DNA of 26,143 nt from Chloroflexota bacterium (GCA_005882985.1 VBEJ01000079.1:1-26143), one strand, 5' to 3'; numbered from the stretch's first letter, positions 17,063-25,584 are shown. Made by a program: numbers and translations. Notes: generated by a model not told the origin, from the letters alone.

Positions 17063-17715
17063 GCCCCGCCGTACCAGTCCTCGATTAGACTGAAGCTGTA
17101 GAATCCGGCGATGGCCACGACTGTATCGCGAAGAACCTTACCAGTGAGGAGGGCTGGGTAGAAGATGCGGATCGGCACGCGTGTAGCACCGGCGGCGATT
17201 CCGGCTACATCGAACAGCGGTCCTGGAGCGAGGGTCATGACGAAGACTGTAAGAAACGCCCGGCGCTCGACCCACCCTTTGACTCGACGGTAGATCGCTC
17301 GATTTTTCAGCATCGCGCTTCCACCGAGGCCCGCTGCGTAGCCGGTAAATTCGCCGAGCGACTCCCCGAACCCGGCGACAAAACCGACCGCTATGGGCGC
17401 CGGTATTCCAGCAATCGGGTCGAGAAGGCCGCCTGCAGCGAAAATGATGCCGCCGCCGGGCATCGGTAGTAGGACGGATGCAGAGCGAAAGAGGACAATG
17501 CCAAAGAGCCCCGCATATCCCCAGCGCTCCACATCATCCTTCCCAAGGTCGAGGGCGATGAAAAGCGCTGCGAAGCTGAGAGCCAGCGCCAGCATTGCTG
17601 CAAGCAGGAGGAATTCGAGCCTGATCCGTCGCCGGCCGAGGTGGATGAACAGCGCCTCACGCTCGACCTCGACGGCGTGGTGTTCGTATTCTAGGATCTG
17701 GACCGATTCAGACAT
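17014..17715 (-). CDS. DedA/VTT (TVP38/TMEM64/SNARE-associated) family membrane protein
   Basis: Multi-TM protein with a VTT-like motif (LFRSASVLLPMPGGGIIFAAGGLL). ATG at 17715. Confidence 0.6.
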   Translation of the reverse strand: MSESVQILEYEHHAVEVEREALFIHLGRRRIRLEFLLLAAMLALALSFAALFIALDLGKDDVERWGYAGLFGIVLFRSASVLLPMPGGGIIFAAGGLLDPIAGIPAPIAVGFVAGFGESLGEFTGYAAGLGGSAMLKNRAIYRRVKGWVERRAFLTVFVMTLAPGPLFDVAGIAAGATRVPIRIFYPALLTGKVLRDTVVAIAGFYSFSLIEDWYGGAWDGLTSAVSAAAGVF

Positions 17716-17763
17716 CCAAGCGACAGTCTATCGGGTGCGGTCGTTTGGTGTCTGCGGACAGGT

Positions 17764-17791
17764 GTTTCGGGTTTCGGCTTTCCGTTTTCGG
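17764..17791. repeat. tandem heptamer array (GTTTCGG GTTTCGG CTTTCCG TTTTCGG) abutting the stop codon of the ferritin-like gene
   Basis: Four consecutive 7-mers on the plus strand; in the gene-sense minus transcript they read CCGAAAA/CCGAAAC. Same repeat family as 18939-19013. Confidence 0.7.
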
Positions 17792-18406
17792 TTATCGCCC
17801 GCCTGTAACGCCGCCCGACGCGGCCAAGATCTCTTCGAGGTGCATCTGCCAATCGAGTGCCTGGCGGCGCTTCGCCGGTGTGTCAGCCATCTCCTCGTAG
17901 ATCGCCTGCCCCCAGCGTATATGTTCCTCCTCGTCGATGAGGATGAACTTCAACGTCCGCACCGTCGGCGAGTCGCATACCTGGTCCGTCACAGCCGCAT
18001 GGTGGCGGTAGTAGACAGCCAGATGTGGCTTGAGCACCCGGTAAAGCCCCGTCAGGCGGAGAAGTTCGTCGTCCGCGTCCTGCATCTCGCTAACGAAGTG
18101 CGCGAACTCATCATTCGGCGGCCGGCGCACGTCAGCGACCCGCATCGTCGGCGGGATCGACATGTCGATGTTCTCCATCACTCGCATTTCGGGCAGGCGC
18201 CGGCCGAGGGCGTCGGCGTGCAGAGAGCACTGGTAGGCGTGTTCCGCAAGCGTGATCTTCAGCTTGGGCGCCGCCATCGTGATCACCCAGCCCGCCTCCG
18301 CCTCCATCGCCGCGATCTCCGCGAAACGGTAATGCACCAGCCGGCGCGCGCTCTCGTCCACCGAGAAGGCGCCGCCTACCTGGCGAGTGTCAACCGCTAA
18401 TTCCAT
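17792..18406 (-). CDS. ferritin-like diiron-carboxylate superfamily protein (two E...ExxH-type motifs), function unknown
   Basis: AMEAEAGWV...ITLAEHAYQ and ILIDEEEHIRWGQAIYEE. Predicted all-helical. ATG at 18406 after GAGAGG. Confidence 0.5.
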   Translation of the reverse strand: MELAVDTRQVGGAFSVDESARRLVHYRFAEIAAMEAEAGWVITMAAPKLKITLAEHAYQCSLHADALGRRLPEMRVMENIDMSIPPTMRVADVRRPPNDEFAHFVSEMQDADDELLRLTGLYRVLKPHLAVYYRHHAAVTDQVCDSPTVRTLKFILIDEEEHIRWGQAIYEEMADTPAKRRQALDWQMHLEEILAASGGVTGGR

Positions 18407-18611
18407 GGCGCCTCTCTGACCTCGTTAGCCTCTTCTGCGATCCAGACGCTCTTGTCATCCTGACGAAGGAAGGATCTGTCCTAGCAAGCCCGTTTCTGCG
18501 TATGGTCCTGTCGGAGACCCAGAACCGCGCTGGACCGAGTACAACATTTCGACCCTCAGTTCCCTTGCCTGAGATTCGCACAGACAGATTCTTCGTTCCT
18601 CAAAATGACAG

Positions 18612-18935
18612 TCAGGAGCCATTTCCAGCGATCTTGACTACCTGGGACTCCGCATACGCCCGTATGCCGAGCTTCAGCTGCCGCCGGTCGCGCGCCCAGG
18701 CGCGGGCCCGCTGCTTGGCGTGCGCGAGTGAGTCCGGGTCCGGAACGAGCTCCGGTTCGTGAGAAATGCAGTCCATGGGGCACACGCGTGCGCAAATATC
18801 ACAGTCGATGCAGAACTGGGGGTCGATGTTGTGCTTGCGATTGGCCTGGTCAAAGTAGTGAATTGTGTCGGTCGGGCATTCGCGTCTGCACCACGCGCAG
18901 TTGATGCAGCGCGACTGGTCGATTGCGTAAGCCAC
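18612..18935 (-). CDS. 2x[4Fe-4S] ferredoxin
   Basis: Two CxxCxxCxxxCP motifs (CINCAWCRRECP and CIDCDICARVCP). GTG start at 18935 lying directly against the repeat array, with no obvious SD. Confidence 0.8.
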   Translation of the reverse strand: MAYAIDQSRCINCAWCRRECPTDTIHYFDQANRKHNIDPQFCIDCDICARVCPMDCISHEPELVPDPDSLAHAKQRARAWARDRRQLKLGIRAYAESQVVKIAGNGS

Positions 18936-18938
18936 GGC

Positions 18939-19013
18939 TAAACCGAAAACCGAAAACCGAAAACCGAAAGCCGAACATCCGCCTTCCTTTCGATTTTCGA
19001 TTTTCCGATTTTG
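18939..19013. repeat. inverted heptamer-repeat arrays: (AAACCGA)x5, spacer ACATCCGCCTTCC, (TTTCGAT)x3. The hairpin is perfect (with G-U wobbles) only in the minus-strand transcript
   Basis: Read directly from the sequence. On plus-strand RNA each unit would carry a C-A mismatch. On minus-strand RNA AAAAUCG pairs with CGGUUUU through a U-G wobble. The arrays sit between the stop of the 19041..19793 gene and the ferredoxin start. Confidence 0.75.
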
Positions 19014-19040
19014 AAACGCATGTAAGTGGGACTCATCCTT

Positions 19041-19793
19041 CTATGACCCGTTCCCATTAGTCGTCTGTTCTTGCTGCGCACTCGCCATGTACGAGCGCGC
19101 CATCTGCCTCACCATCGCGATATTCGTTTCGAATTCCTGCTGGGCGGCTCTTGCACGTTCCTTGCGCCACGGTTGGACCTGAGACAGCTTCTCGAGCCAA
19201 TAGTCCCCGAGGGCGACGTGCGTGACCTCGTCGGCCATGTTGTAGTCGTGGCAATGGGCGACCATCTCCTCACCGGTCTGCTCCGCCAGCGCCCGGATCT
19301 CCTCGAACGTCGTGAGAGCGAATCCTTCCAGCGCCACGTTGACGCGGGCGAGGAGGATGGCAGGGTCAAGCTCTTCCGGTGGGATGTTGTCGCGCTGGGG
19401 GCCGAGGATGATGTCCGGGAACTCGCCCAGCGACGACCCGAGATGTACGAGCAGCTTCATGTTCAGCAGAGTATGCCGGGACTCATCGAACGTCTGGCGG
19501 GCGAAGCCAAGCGTCATATGCCAGGGCACCTCTTCCTCCGTATCGACAACGAATCGCCCGAAGAAGTCGATGCCCCTGAACTCGGCGCTCAAGATCGACA
19601 TGATTAGCGGGGCGAAGAACCGCCTGTCCTTGCGCGCCATCTCCCGCAGGACGACCGGGTTGTAGTTCTGAATGCCGCCCAGCTTCTCGCCCAGCGTCTT
19701 CTGCTGCTCGGGCGTGAGCTCCATCGTGCTGCGGTAGGGCGGCTCACGCCTCGCCTCCCTGGAATCGACTCGTTCTTTCAGCGCTCGCGTCAT
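19041..19793 (-). CDS. ferritin-like diiron-carboxylate protein (ExxH x2; limited resemblance to aldehyde-deformylating-oxygenase / MiaE-type small diiron oxygenases)
   Basis: FARQTFDESRHTLL and HCHDYNMADEVTHVALGDYWL motifs. ATG at 19793 preceded by GAGAGGAAGG. First gene of the minus-strand cluster. Confidence 0.55.
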   Translation of the reverse strand: MTRALKERVDSREARREPPYRSTMELTPEQQKTLGEKLGGIQNYNPVVLREMARKDRRFFAPLIMSILSAEFRGIDFFGRFVVDTEEEVPWHMTLGFARQTFDESRHTLLNMKLLVHLGSSLGEFPDIILGPQRDNIPPEELDPAILLARVNVALEGFALTTFEEIRALAEQTGEEMVAHCHDYNMADEVTHVALGDYWLEKLSQVQPWRKERARAAQQEFETNIAMVRQMARSYMASAQQEQTTNGNGS

Positions 19794-20083
19794 GACGCCT
19801 TCCTCTCGTTGCAGCTTCGCAGGCTTTCATGTCTCATCTTGTCATTCCGAGCTCGCGGGGCGGGGCCGAGCGGTATGGGGGGGATGGAGGCGAGGAATCT
19901 CGGCGCCTGCCATACAGGACCTCATCCGCCCGCTAGTCCGCTTGCCGTCGCTGGTGCGATATTATACCCTAACGTTCACGTCAAGTGACCAGCCGGTCGG
20001 TTTAAATCAGCGATTGCGGGCTGGAAGATGACGGATAGCACTGCAGGTAAAACCCGCAGCTAACACAATCCGGAGGCCGCCCC

Positions 20084-21337
20084 ATGAAGTTCGGACTGTT
20101 TTACGAGCACCAGCTCCCTAAACCCTACGACAGCGAGCAATGGGACCCCGACGAGGAGCATAAACTCCTCAAGAATGCTCTGGACCAGATCGAGCTGGCC
20201 GACCAGCTGGGCTTCGACTACGTCTTCGAGGTCGAGCACCACTTCCTCGAGGAGTACTCGCATTCCTCGGCTCCTGAAATCTTCCTCGCCGCCGCCAGCC
20301 AGCGGACGAAGAACATCCGCCTCGGGCACGGCATCGTCGTCATGCCGCCCCGCTACAACCACCCTGCGCGCGTCGCCGAGCGCATCGCCACACTCGACCT
20401 CGTCTCCGACGGCCGCGTAGAGTTCGGAACAGGTGAATCCGCCTCTGAGATGGAGATGGGTGGCTTCGGCGTGCGCCGGGAAGAGAAGAAGGGTATGTGG
20501 GAAGAGGCCACCCGCGAGTGCGTGAAGATGATGTCGGAAACTCCCTACTCCGGCGTCGAAGGCGCCTACGTTGGCATGCCTTCCCGGAACGTAATCCCCA
20601 AGCCATTACAGAAGCCACACCCTCCGCTCTGGGTCGCTTCTTCACGCCGCGAGACGACGATGGTCGCCGCCCGCCTCGGCATGGGTTCGCTCGGCTTCGC
20701 TTTCGAGACGCCCGAGGAGCTCGAGGAGCGGGTCGATCAGTACTACCAACTCGTCCGCGAAGAGTGCTACCCCATGGGCAAGGCTCTCAACCCCGCCCTC
20801 GCGGTGCTCTCCGTCCTCTCCTGCTTCGAGAACGACGAAGAGGCGATCGACAAGGGCTTGGAAGGCGCCCAGCTTTTCGCCTATTCCCTCGGTTACTATT
20901 ACAACCCCTTTACCGGCGGCAACCACCAGCCCGGCGGGATGAACATCTACAAGCGGTTCATGGACACTCCGCCCGAGCAGCGTTGGGGTCCGCTCGGCGA
21001 GGGCTTCCGCGGCTTCGGCGGCTTCCAGGGCGCCTCGGTAACGGAGGAGCCCAAGGATGAGGTAACGCGCGCTCTCTGGCGGGCCGCTCAGCGCGGCGGC
21101 TGCATCGGCACGCCGGAGTTCATCAAGGACACCCTACGCAAGTACGAGGCCTCACACCTCGACCTGATGATCTTCGTCGCCCAGTGCGGCGCCCGCAAAC
21201 ACGAAGACGTGATGGAGTCGATCCACCGCGCGGGCACGAAGGTGATCCCGGAGTTCAAGGAACGGCACGAGAAGCACCAGCGCTGGCGCGAGCAGCAGCT
21301 GGAGGGTGTGGAGTACCCCGTCAACTCATCGATATAG
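20084..21337 (+). CDS. LLM-class (luciferase-like) flavin/F420-dependent oxidoreductase
   Basis: MKFGLFYEHQLP...LGFDYVFEVEHHF N-terminal signature of luciferase-like monooxygenases. 417 aa. GGAGG 7 nt before the ATG. Confidence 0.85.
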   Translation: MKFGLFYEHQLPKPYDSEQWDPDEEHKLLKNALDQIELADQLGFDYVFEVEHHFLEEYSHSSAPEIFLAAASQRTKNIRLGHGIVVMPPRYNHPARVAERIATLDLVSDGRVEFGTGESASEMEMGGFGVRREEKKGMWEEATRECVKMMSETPYSGVEGAYVGMPSRNVIPKPLQKPHPPLWVASSRRETTMVAARLGMGSLGFAFETPEELEERVDQYYQLVREECYPMGKALNPALAVLSVLSCFENDEEAIDKGLEGAQLFAYSLGYYYNPFTGGNHQPGGMNIYKRFMDTPPEQRWGPLGEGFRGFGGFQGASVTEEPKDEVTRALWRAAQRGGCIGTPEFIKDTLRKYEASHLDLMIFVAQCGARKHEDVMESIHRAGTKVIPEFKERHEKHQRWREQQLEGVEYPVNSSI

Positions 21338-21359
21338 CGTCTCGTAGGAGCGGACTGAA

Positions 21360-21803
21360 ATGGATGCCGAGGCTATCCAGGAGATGCTGCTTCAAGACCG
21401 CCAAGAGTGGGACTCACTCGTCGCCGCTCTTGAAAAACACCCCCATGAGCCGCTCCATGACCCAGAATCCCCGGACTGGGTGAGCCGGGACGTGTACACT
21501 CACCTCGCCAGCTGGATGGAGCACTCGACCTGTGACCTAGAGGCCCACCTCGCCGGCCGCACACTCTCGCCTCTCGATGGGACCGATGACGAAATCAATG
21601 CAGCTTTCCAGACCGCGCACAACCACATGAGTCTCGATGAGGCGCGCGCTTGGGCACAGCGAGAGTTTACCCGCCGGATCGAAGCGATCAAAGCTGTTCC
21701 GCCGCAGCGATGGGATCCGATACTGGAAGCCGCTGCGCGCGCTGACGGAGCACAACACTACCGCGCTCACCACGGCTACATCGCCGTGTTTAGGTCTACT
21801 TGA
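21360..21803 (+). CDS. DinB/YfiT-like (DinB_2 / MDMPI_N-type) four-helix-bundle protein
   Basis: WDSLVAALEKHPHEPLHDPESPDWVSRDVYTHLASWMEH pattern and several conserved His. Weak family call. Confidence 0.4.
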   Translation: MDAEAIQEMLLQDRQEWDSLVAALEKHPHEPLHDPESPDWVSRDVYTHLASWMEHSTCDLEAHLAGRTLSPLDGTDDEINAAFQTAHNHMSLDEARAWAQREFTRRIEAIKAVPPQRWDPILEAAARADGAQHYRAHHGYIAVFRST

Positions 21804-22129
21804 TGCCCGCCAAACTCGACCGCATCAAAGACGATGCCCTCCGCGACTCGCTCGCAACCGCCCACGTCAGCCTCAAGTCCGGCAACTTCCCCGACGTGGT
21901 TCACCGGTCCTCCGATGCTTACGTCGAAATGTTACGGCGCGACCCCGACCTCATGAAGGGGCCGATGGGCATGCGCCGCATCCTCTTCTACCCGCGTCTC
22001 GGCGCGCGCCTCATCCAGGAGTCCGACGGTTCGCCGGCCGTGATTTACGACCGCGAGACGTTCAGCTTCAGCGAAGCGATCACCTACTTCGAGTTCGCGG
22101 TCGATAGCCTCGTGCGAGAGGGAGTGTAG
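21803..22129 (+). CDS. hypothetical protein
   Basis: ATG overlaps the upstream TGA (TGATG). No recognisable motif. Confidence 0.4.
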   Translation: MPAKLDRIKDDALRDSLATAHVSLKSGNFPDVVHRSSDAYVEMLRRDPDLMKGPMGMRRILFYPRLGARLIQESDGSPAVIYDRETFSFSEAITYFEFAVDSLVREGV

Positions 22130-22284
22130 AGCTAGCCGTTCGAGTCGCTGCTGGATGCTCCCGATTACTCTCGAATCCTCTTGAATATCCCCCTTTTAAG
22201 TGCTACGTTATGTACGCGTAGAAGTAGGGTGCATCGCTTGAAGGTCTCCCGCCGAGCCGGGAGCTGCGAGAAGGGGTTCGAGCC

Positions 22285-24324
22285 ATGATTGTCGCACTCG
22301 TTGTCGTTGCCGCTGTCATTCTCCTCCTGCTCATCCTGATCGTCGCCGGCGGGATGCTGATAGTCGTCGGCGGTCAGCAGGTGGGCGTTGTGGAGCGCCG
22401 CTACTTCGGCCGGACGCTGCCGGCAGGCCGTGTCGTTGCGATGCGGGACGAGGTCGGCGTTCAGGCCAGGGTGCTGCCGCCCGGTCTGCACATCATGTTT
22501 CCGTTCATCTACGTCGTCCGCAAGACAGACATGCTCATGATCAGCGAAGACGAAGTCGGTATCCTCGAGTCGATCGACGGTCTGTCGCTCGAGCCGGGTC
22601 GGATCTTCGCCCGGCACGTGGAGGGGCACGATACCTTCCAGGACGGCGAAGCGTTCCTCCGAAACGGCGGCCAGAAGGGCCCGCAGATCGACATCCTTCC
22701 CCCCGGCCAGTACCGAATCAATACCTACCTCTTCACGATTCGCACTCAGCCCGTAGTCACGATTAGCAAGGGCCAGGTCGGCGTCATCAGCGCTCGCGAT
22801 GGCGATCCGATTACGCCCGGGCGCCTGCTGGCCCGAAAGGTGCAGGGGCATCAGGCGTTCCAGGACGGCGAGGCCTTCCTCCGCGCGGGCGGGCAACTGG
22901 GGCCGCAGATCGAGGTCATCTTGCCCGGGCGATATCGCATAAACACCGATCTCTTCAACGTCGAGGTCCATCCCGCCACGATTGTCGCCGCGAACCAGGT
23001 AGGCCTCGTGACTGCAAAGGACGGCGCGCCGTTGCCACCCGGCGAGCTAGTTGCCGTAAGCGCCGAGGGACACAACGACTTTCAGGACGCCTCCAAGTAT
23101 TTGGAGGCGGGCGGCCAGCGCGGCCCTCAGTACGATCTCCTGAAGCCGGGGACCTACTACATCAACCCGTTGATGTTCGATGTACAACTGGACAAGGTTG
23201 CCATCGTCCAGCGCGGCGAAGTCGCCGTTCTCGTCTCAAACGTCGGCAAGGAGCCGGAAGACATCCCGCACGAGGAACGTCTCGCCGGCCGCGAGCGCTA
23301 CGTAGTGCCCGCCGGCTTTCGCGGCATCCAGTCGGAAGTTGCCGGCCCCGGCGTCTACTACCTCAACCGCTGGGCATACATCGCTTACATCATCCCGACA
23401 ACGAACCTGACGATCGACTGGGCCGAAGAAAGCGGAGGTAATGGCGACCCGGGAAGTGATGCCACCGGCGCCTCGGGCGTACGCCGTGTACAGCTGTTCA
23501 ACCCGCTTGCGGTCATCTCACGCGACGGTTTCGAAATGCGGGTCAGCGTCAAAGTCGTCATCCGCGTGCGGCCGGACCAGGCGCCGCTGATGGTCGCCAA
23601 GATCGGCTCGATCGAAAACCTCATCGACCACGTCATCCACCCGATGATCGACTCGTCTTTCCGCAACCAGGCGTCTTCCTCGGAAGCAATGAACTTCATG
23701 CAAGACCGCGCCGATGAGCAGGCGAAGGCGCACGCCCGCACCCGGGAAGAACTCGAGAAATATCACGTCGAATGCGTGTCGGTGCTAATCTCGCAGATCA
23801 TCCTGCCCCAGGAGCTGATGGAAATCCACACCCGCCGCGTGATCGCCGCCCAGCAGCAGGCGATGTTTATCGAGCAGCAGAAGGCGGAGCAGGAGCGAAT
23901 CGCTACCGAAAATACGCGCGCGAAAGCCGACAAGCAGATTGAGCTGGTAGCGGCGCAAATCGGCGTGCAGATAGCAGACCAGACGAAACAGAAGACGATC
24001 ATCGAGGCAGAAGGCCGAGCGCGGGCTGTCCAGCTGGAAGGCGAGGCCGAGGGCACGAAGATCCTGGCGATCGGTACCGCCACAGCGGAAGCCTACGACA
24101 AGCAGGTGGAAGCGGTGGGCCAGCTGAACCTGGCGGGCATCGAGGTGACGAAGTCAATCGCAGGCGCAGGCCTGAAGATCACGCCGGACATCATGGTCGG
24201 CGGTACGGACGGCGCCGGCGGTGCCAACGTGTTCACCGCCTTCATCGCCCAGTTGCTCGCATCCAACCGGAACGCCTTGGCCGCGTCTCCTGACCAACCC
24301 GAGAACGGCCAGCCGAATCGGTAA
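22285..24324 (+). CDS. SPFH/band-7 flotillin-like membrane protein with tandem internal repeats preceding the SPFH core
   Basis: N-terminal TM helix (IVALVVVAAVILLLLILIVAGGMLIVV). SPFH start motif LPPGLHIMFPFIYVV. Band-7 core (VRRVQLFNPLAVISRDGFEMRVSVKVVIRVRP...). Flotillin-type Ala/Glu/Gln-rich coiled-coil tail (IEAEGRARAVQLEGEAEGTKILAIG). Confidence 0.75.
   Translation: MIVALVVVAAVILLLLILIVAGGMLIVVGGQQVGVVERRYFGRTLPAGRVVAMRDEVGVQARVLPPGLHIMFPFIYVVRKTDMLMISEDEVGILESIDGLSLEPGRIFARHVEGHDTFQDGEAFLRNGGQKGPQIDILPPGQYRINTYLFTIRTQPVVTISKGQVGVISARDGDPITPGRLLARKVQGHQAFQDGEAFLRAGGQLGPQIEVILPGRYRINTDLFNVEVHPATIVAANQVGLVTAKDGAPLPPGELVAVSAEGHNDFQDASKYLEAGGQRGPQYDLLKPGTYYINPLMFDVQLDKVAIVQRGEVAVLVSNVGKEPEDIPHEERLAGRERYVVPAGFRGIQSEVAGPGVYYLNRWAYIAYIIPTTNLTIDWAEESGGNGDPGSDATGASGVRRVQLFNPLAVISRDGFEMRVSVKVVIRVRPDQAPLMVAKIGSIENLIDHVIHPMIDSSFRNQASSSEAMNFMQDRADEQAKAHARTREELEKYHVECVSVLISQIILPQELMEIHTRRVIAAQQQAMFIEQQKAEQERIATENTRAKADKQIELVAAQIGVQIADQTKQKTIIEAEGRARAVQLEGEAEGTKILAIGTATAEAYDKQVEAVGQLNLAGIEVTKSIAGAGLKITPDIMVGGTDGAGGANVFTAFIAQLLASNRNALAASPDQPENGQPNR
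22540..23223 (+). repeat. three tandem ~228-bp (76-aa) intragenic repeats encoding a reiterated SPFH N-terminal beta unit
   Basis: aa 86-161, 162-237 and 238-313 share the pattern VGxxxxxDGxxLxPGxxxAxxVEGHxxFQDGEAFLRxGGQxGPQxxxLxPGxYRINTxLFxV, visible as about 70% DNA identity. A further degenerate copy spans aa ~314-390. Confidence 0.6.
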
Positions 24325-24499
24325 ACTGGCCGGACGTGGCCCGCCTCAACCGTAGGGGCGAGGCATCGATCTTTGGTCGGAACCGCCTCGTAACCGACAA
24401 CTTGGCTGATTTAAGCGGGCGCTTCAAGTGCGGAATATGCCTCGCCCTTAGGCCACCGCCTCTTCCCTTGCGCGCGCAAAGCGCTACCTGCGGTTGACC

Positions 24500-24868
24500 T
24501 TATCCTGCCGCCAGCTCCACCGCTACCGGGAGCGCCGTCCGGCCCCACTCGCTCAGGTCGCCGCTGTACGTCGGCTCGTATTTCTCGAGGAGCAGCCGGC
24601 GTGCGAGAGCGTCTTCCTCACCGTCTTCGACAACTCGGCCGCTGCCGGAGAACTCCCGATCGCGGATGCGAACGGTAACGGCAGGCGTCTTCATGAGATT
24701 GCGCACCCAGTCGGCGCGATGCCGCGGCCCGTTGCCCCACAGCATGTAGAGCGTACCCGCGTTCAGCCCGAACCAGATCTCGATTTTATGCGGCTGTGCA
24801 GTCACGCGGCCGGTCGTCGTGAGATAGCAGAACGCTTCGCCAGCCAGGCTCTCAAGCTCTTCGCTCAC
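24500..24868 (-). CDS. deazaflavin (F420H2)-dependent nitroreductase-family protein (DUF385/Ddn-like split-barrel)
   Basis: LTTTGRVTAQPHKIEIWF...GTLYMLWGNGPRHRADWVRNLMKTPAVTVRI...LLLEKYEPTY pattern of the DUF385 family. GTG start overlaps the upstream TGA. Confidence 0.7.
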   Translation of the reverse strand: MSEELESLAGEAFCYLTTTGRVTAQPHKIEIWFGLNAGTLYMLWGNGPRHRADWVRNLMKTPAVTVRIRDREFSGSGRVVEDGEEDALARRLLLEKYEPTYSGDLSEWGRTALPVAVELAAG

Positions 24869-25584
24869 TTCGCCAGCTTCTCGACCTCTCGCCGGAAGGC
24901 CGCATGCGCCTTCCCCTTGATCGGCCCGCCGTGGCCGAAGCAGGCGACCTCGAACTCTAGCTCCGCCAGCTTCCGGAAGCTCTCCTTCGCCTGAGCCATG
25001 TCCTCCGTGAACATGCCACCCAGCGCGCCCACCGGCGGCCTCGGTCCCCGAAACACGTTCGAGACCGCATCTCCCGCGAACAGAATTCCGCCGTTCTGCG
25101 GCCAGAGGAACGAGAGGTGCCCCGCCGTGTGCCCGGGCGTATGGATCGCCTTCATGCCGCCTGCCGCCGGCACTTCGTCCCCGTCGTTCGTTTCCTGAAG
25201 CGCCTCGATCGGCTGAAGCTTCGGCGTGATGCGAACCATCAGCGGGCCCAGGATCCGCCCGGCCAGGATTTCCCGGTTCGGTCCCGGCGCCGGCTTCTCG
25301 CCGCGGACTATAGCTGCATCCAGCGGGTGGATGTAGCCCTTGGCACTCGTAGCGCCCATCAGTTCTGCGAGCGAGCCTGTATGGTCCGCGTGGTGATGTG
25401 TGAGCAGGATGTGCTTCACCTCGTCCGGCTTGCGCCCCGCCTGGCTCGCCGTCTTGAGGATGATCTCCCGGTGCTTCGGCAGGCCGGTATCGATCACACT
25501 GACCTCGTGTTGAACGATCAGATACGCGCTCACGTAGCCCATCCCGATCCGGTAGACGTCATGCGTCACACGCTCTATACCCAT
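24865..25584 (-). CDS. MBL-fold metallo-hydrolase
   Basis: HHHADHTG (HxHxDH) motif, then HTPGHTAGH and a late GHG. ATG at 25584; the Arg/Gly-rich extension to 25746 is unlikely to be coding. Confidence 0.8.
   Translation of the reverse strand: MGIERVTHDVYRIGMGYVSAYLIVQHEVSVIDTGLPKHREIILKTASQAGRKPDEVKHILLTHHHADHTGSLAELMGATSAKGYIHPLDAAIVRGEKPAPGPNREILAGRILGPLMVRITPKLQPIEALQETNDGDEVPAAGGMKAIHTPGHTAGHLSFLWPQNGGILFAGDAVSNVFRGPRPPVGALGGMFTEDMAQAKESFRKLAELEFEVACFGHGGPIKGKAHAAFRREVEKLAK

Noticed and set aside
17393-18400. 335-aa plus-strand ORF
   Set aside because: Antisense to the DedA gene and the ferritin-like gene. Arg/Ser/Pro-rich with no domain signature.
18939-19013. Possible CRISPR array or intrinsic terminator
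   Set aside because: Units are 7 bp with no spacers, so not CRISPR. The hairpin stem is AU-rich with no distinct downstream U-tract, so it is not a canonical intrinsic terminator. Kept as a novel repeat/RNA element instead.
22165-22971. 268-aa minus-strand ORF
   Set aside because: Runs antisense through the repeat region of the SPFH gene. Asp/Leu/Ala-rich low-complexity translation with no start context. Treated as a high-GC antisense artefact.
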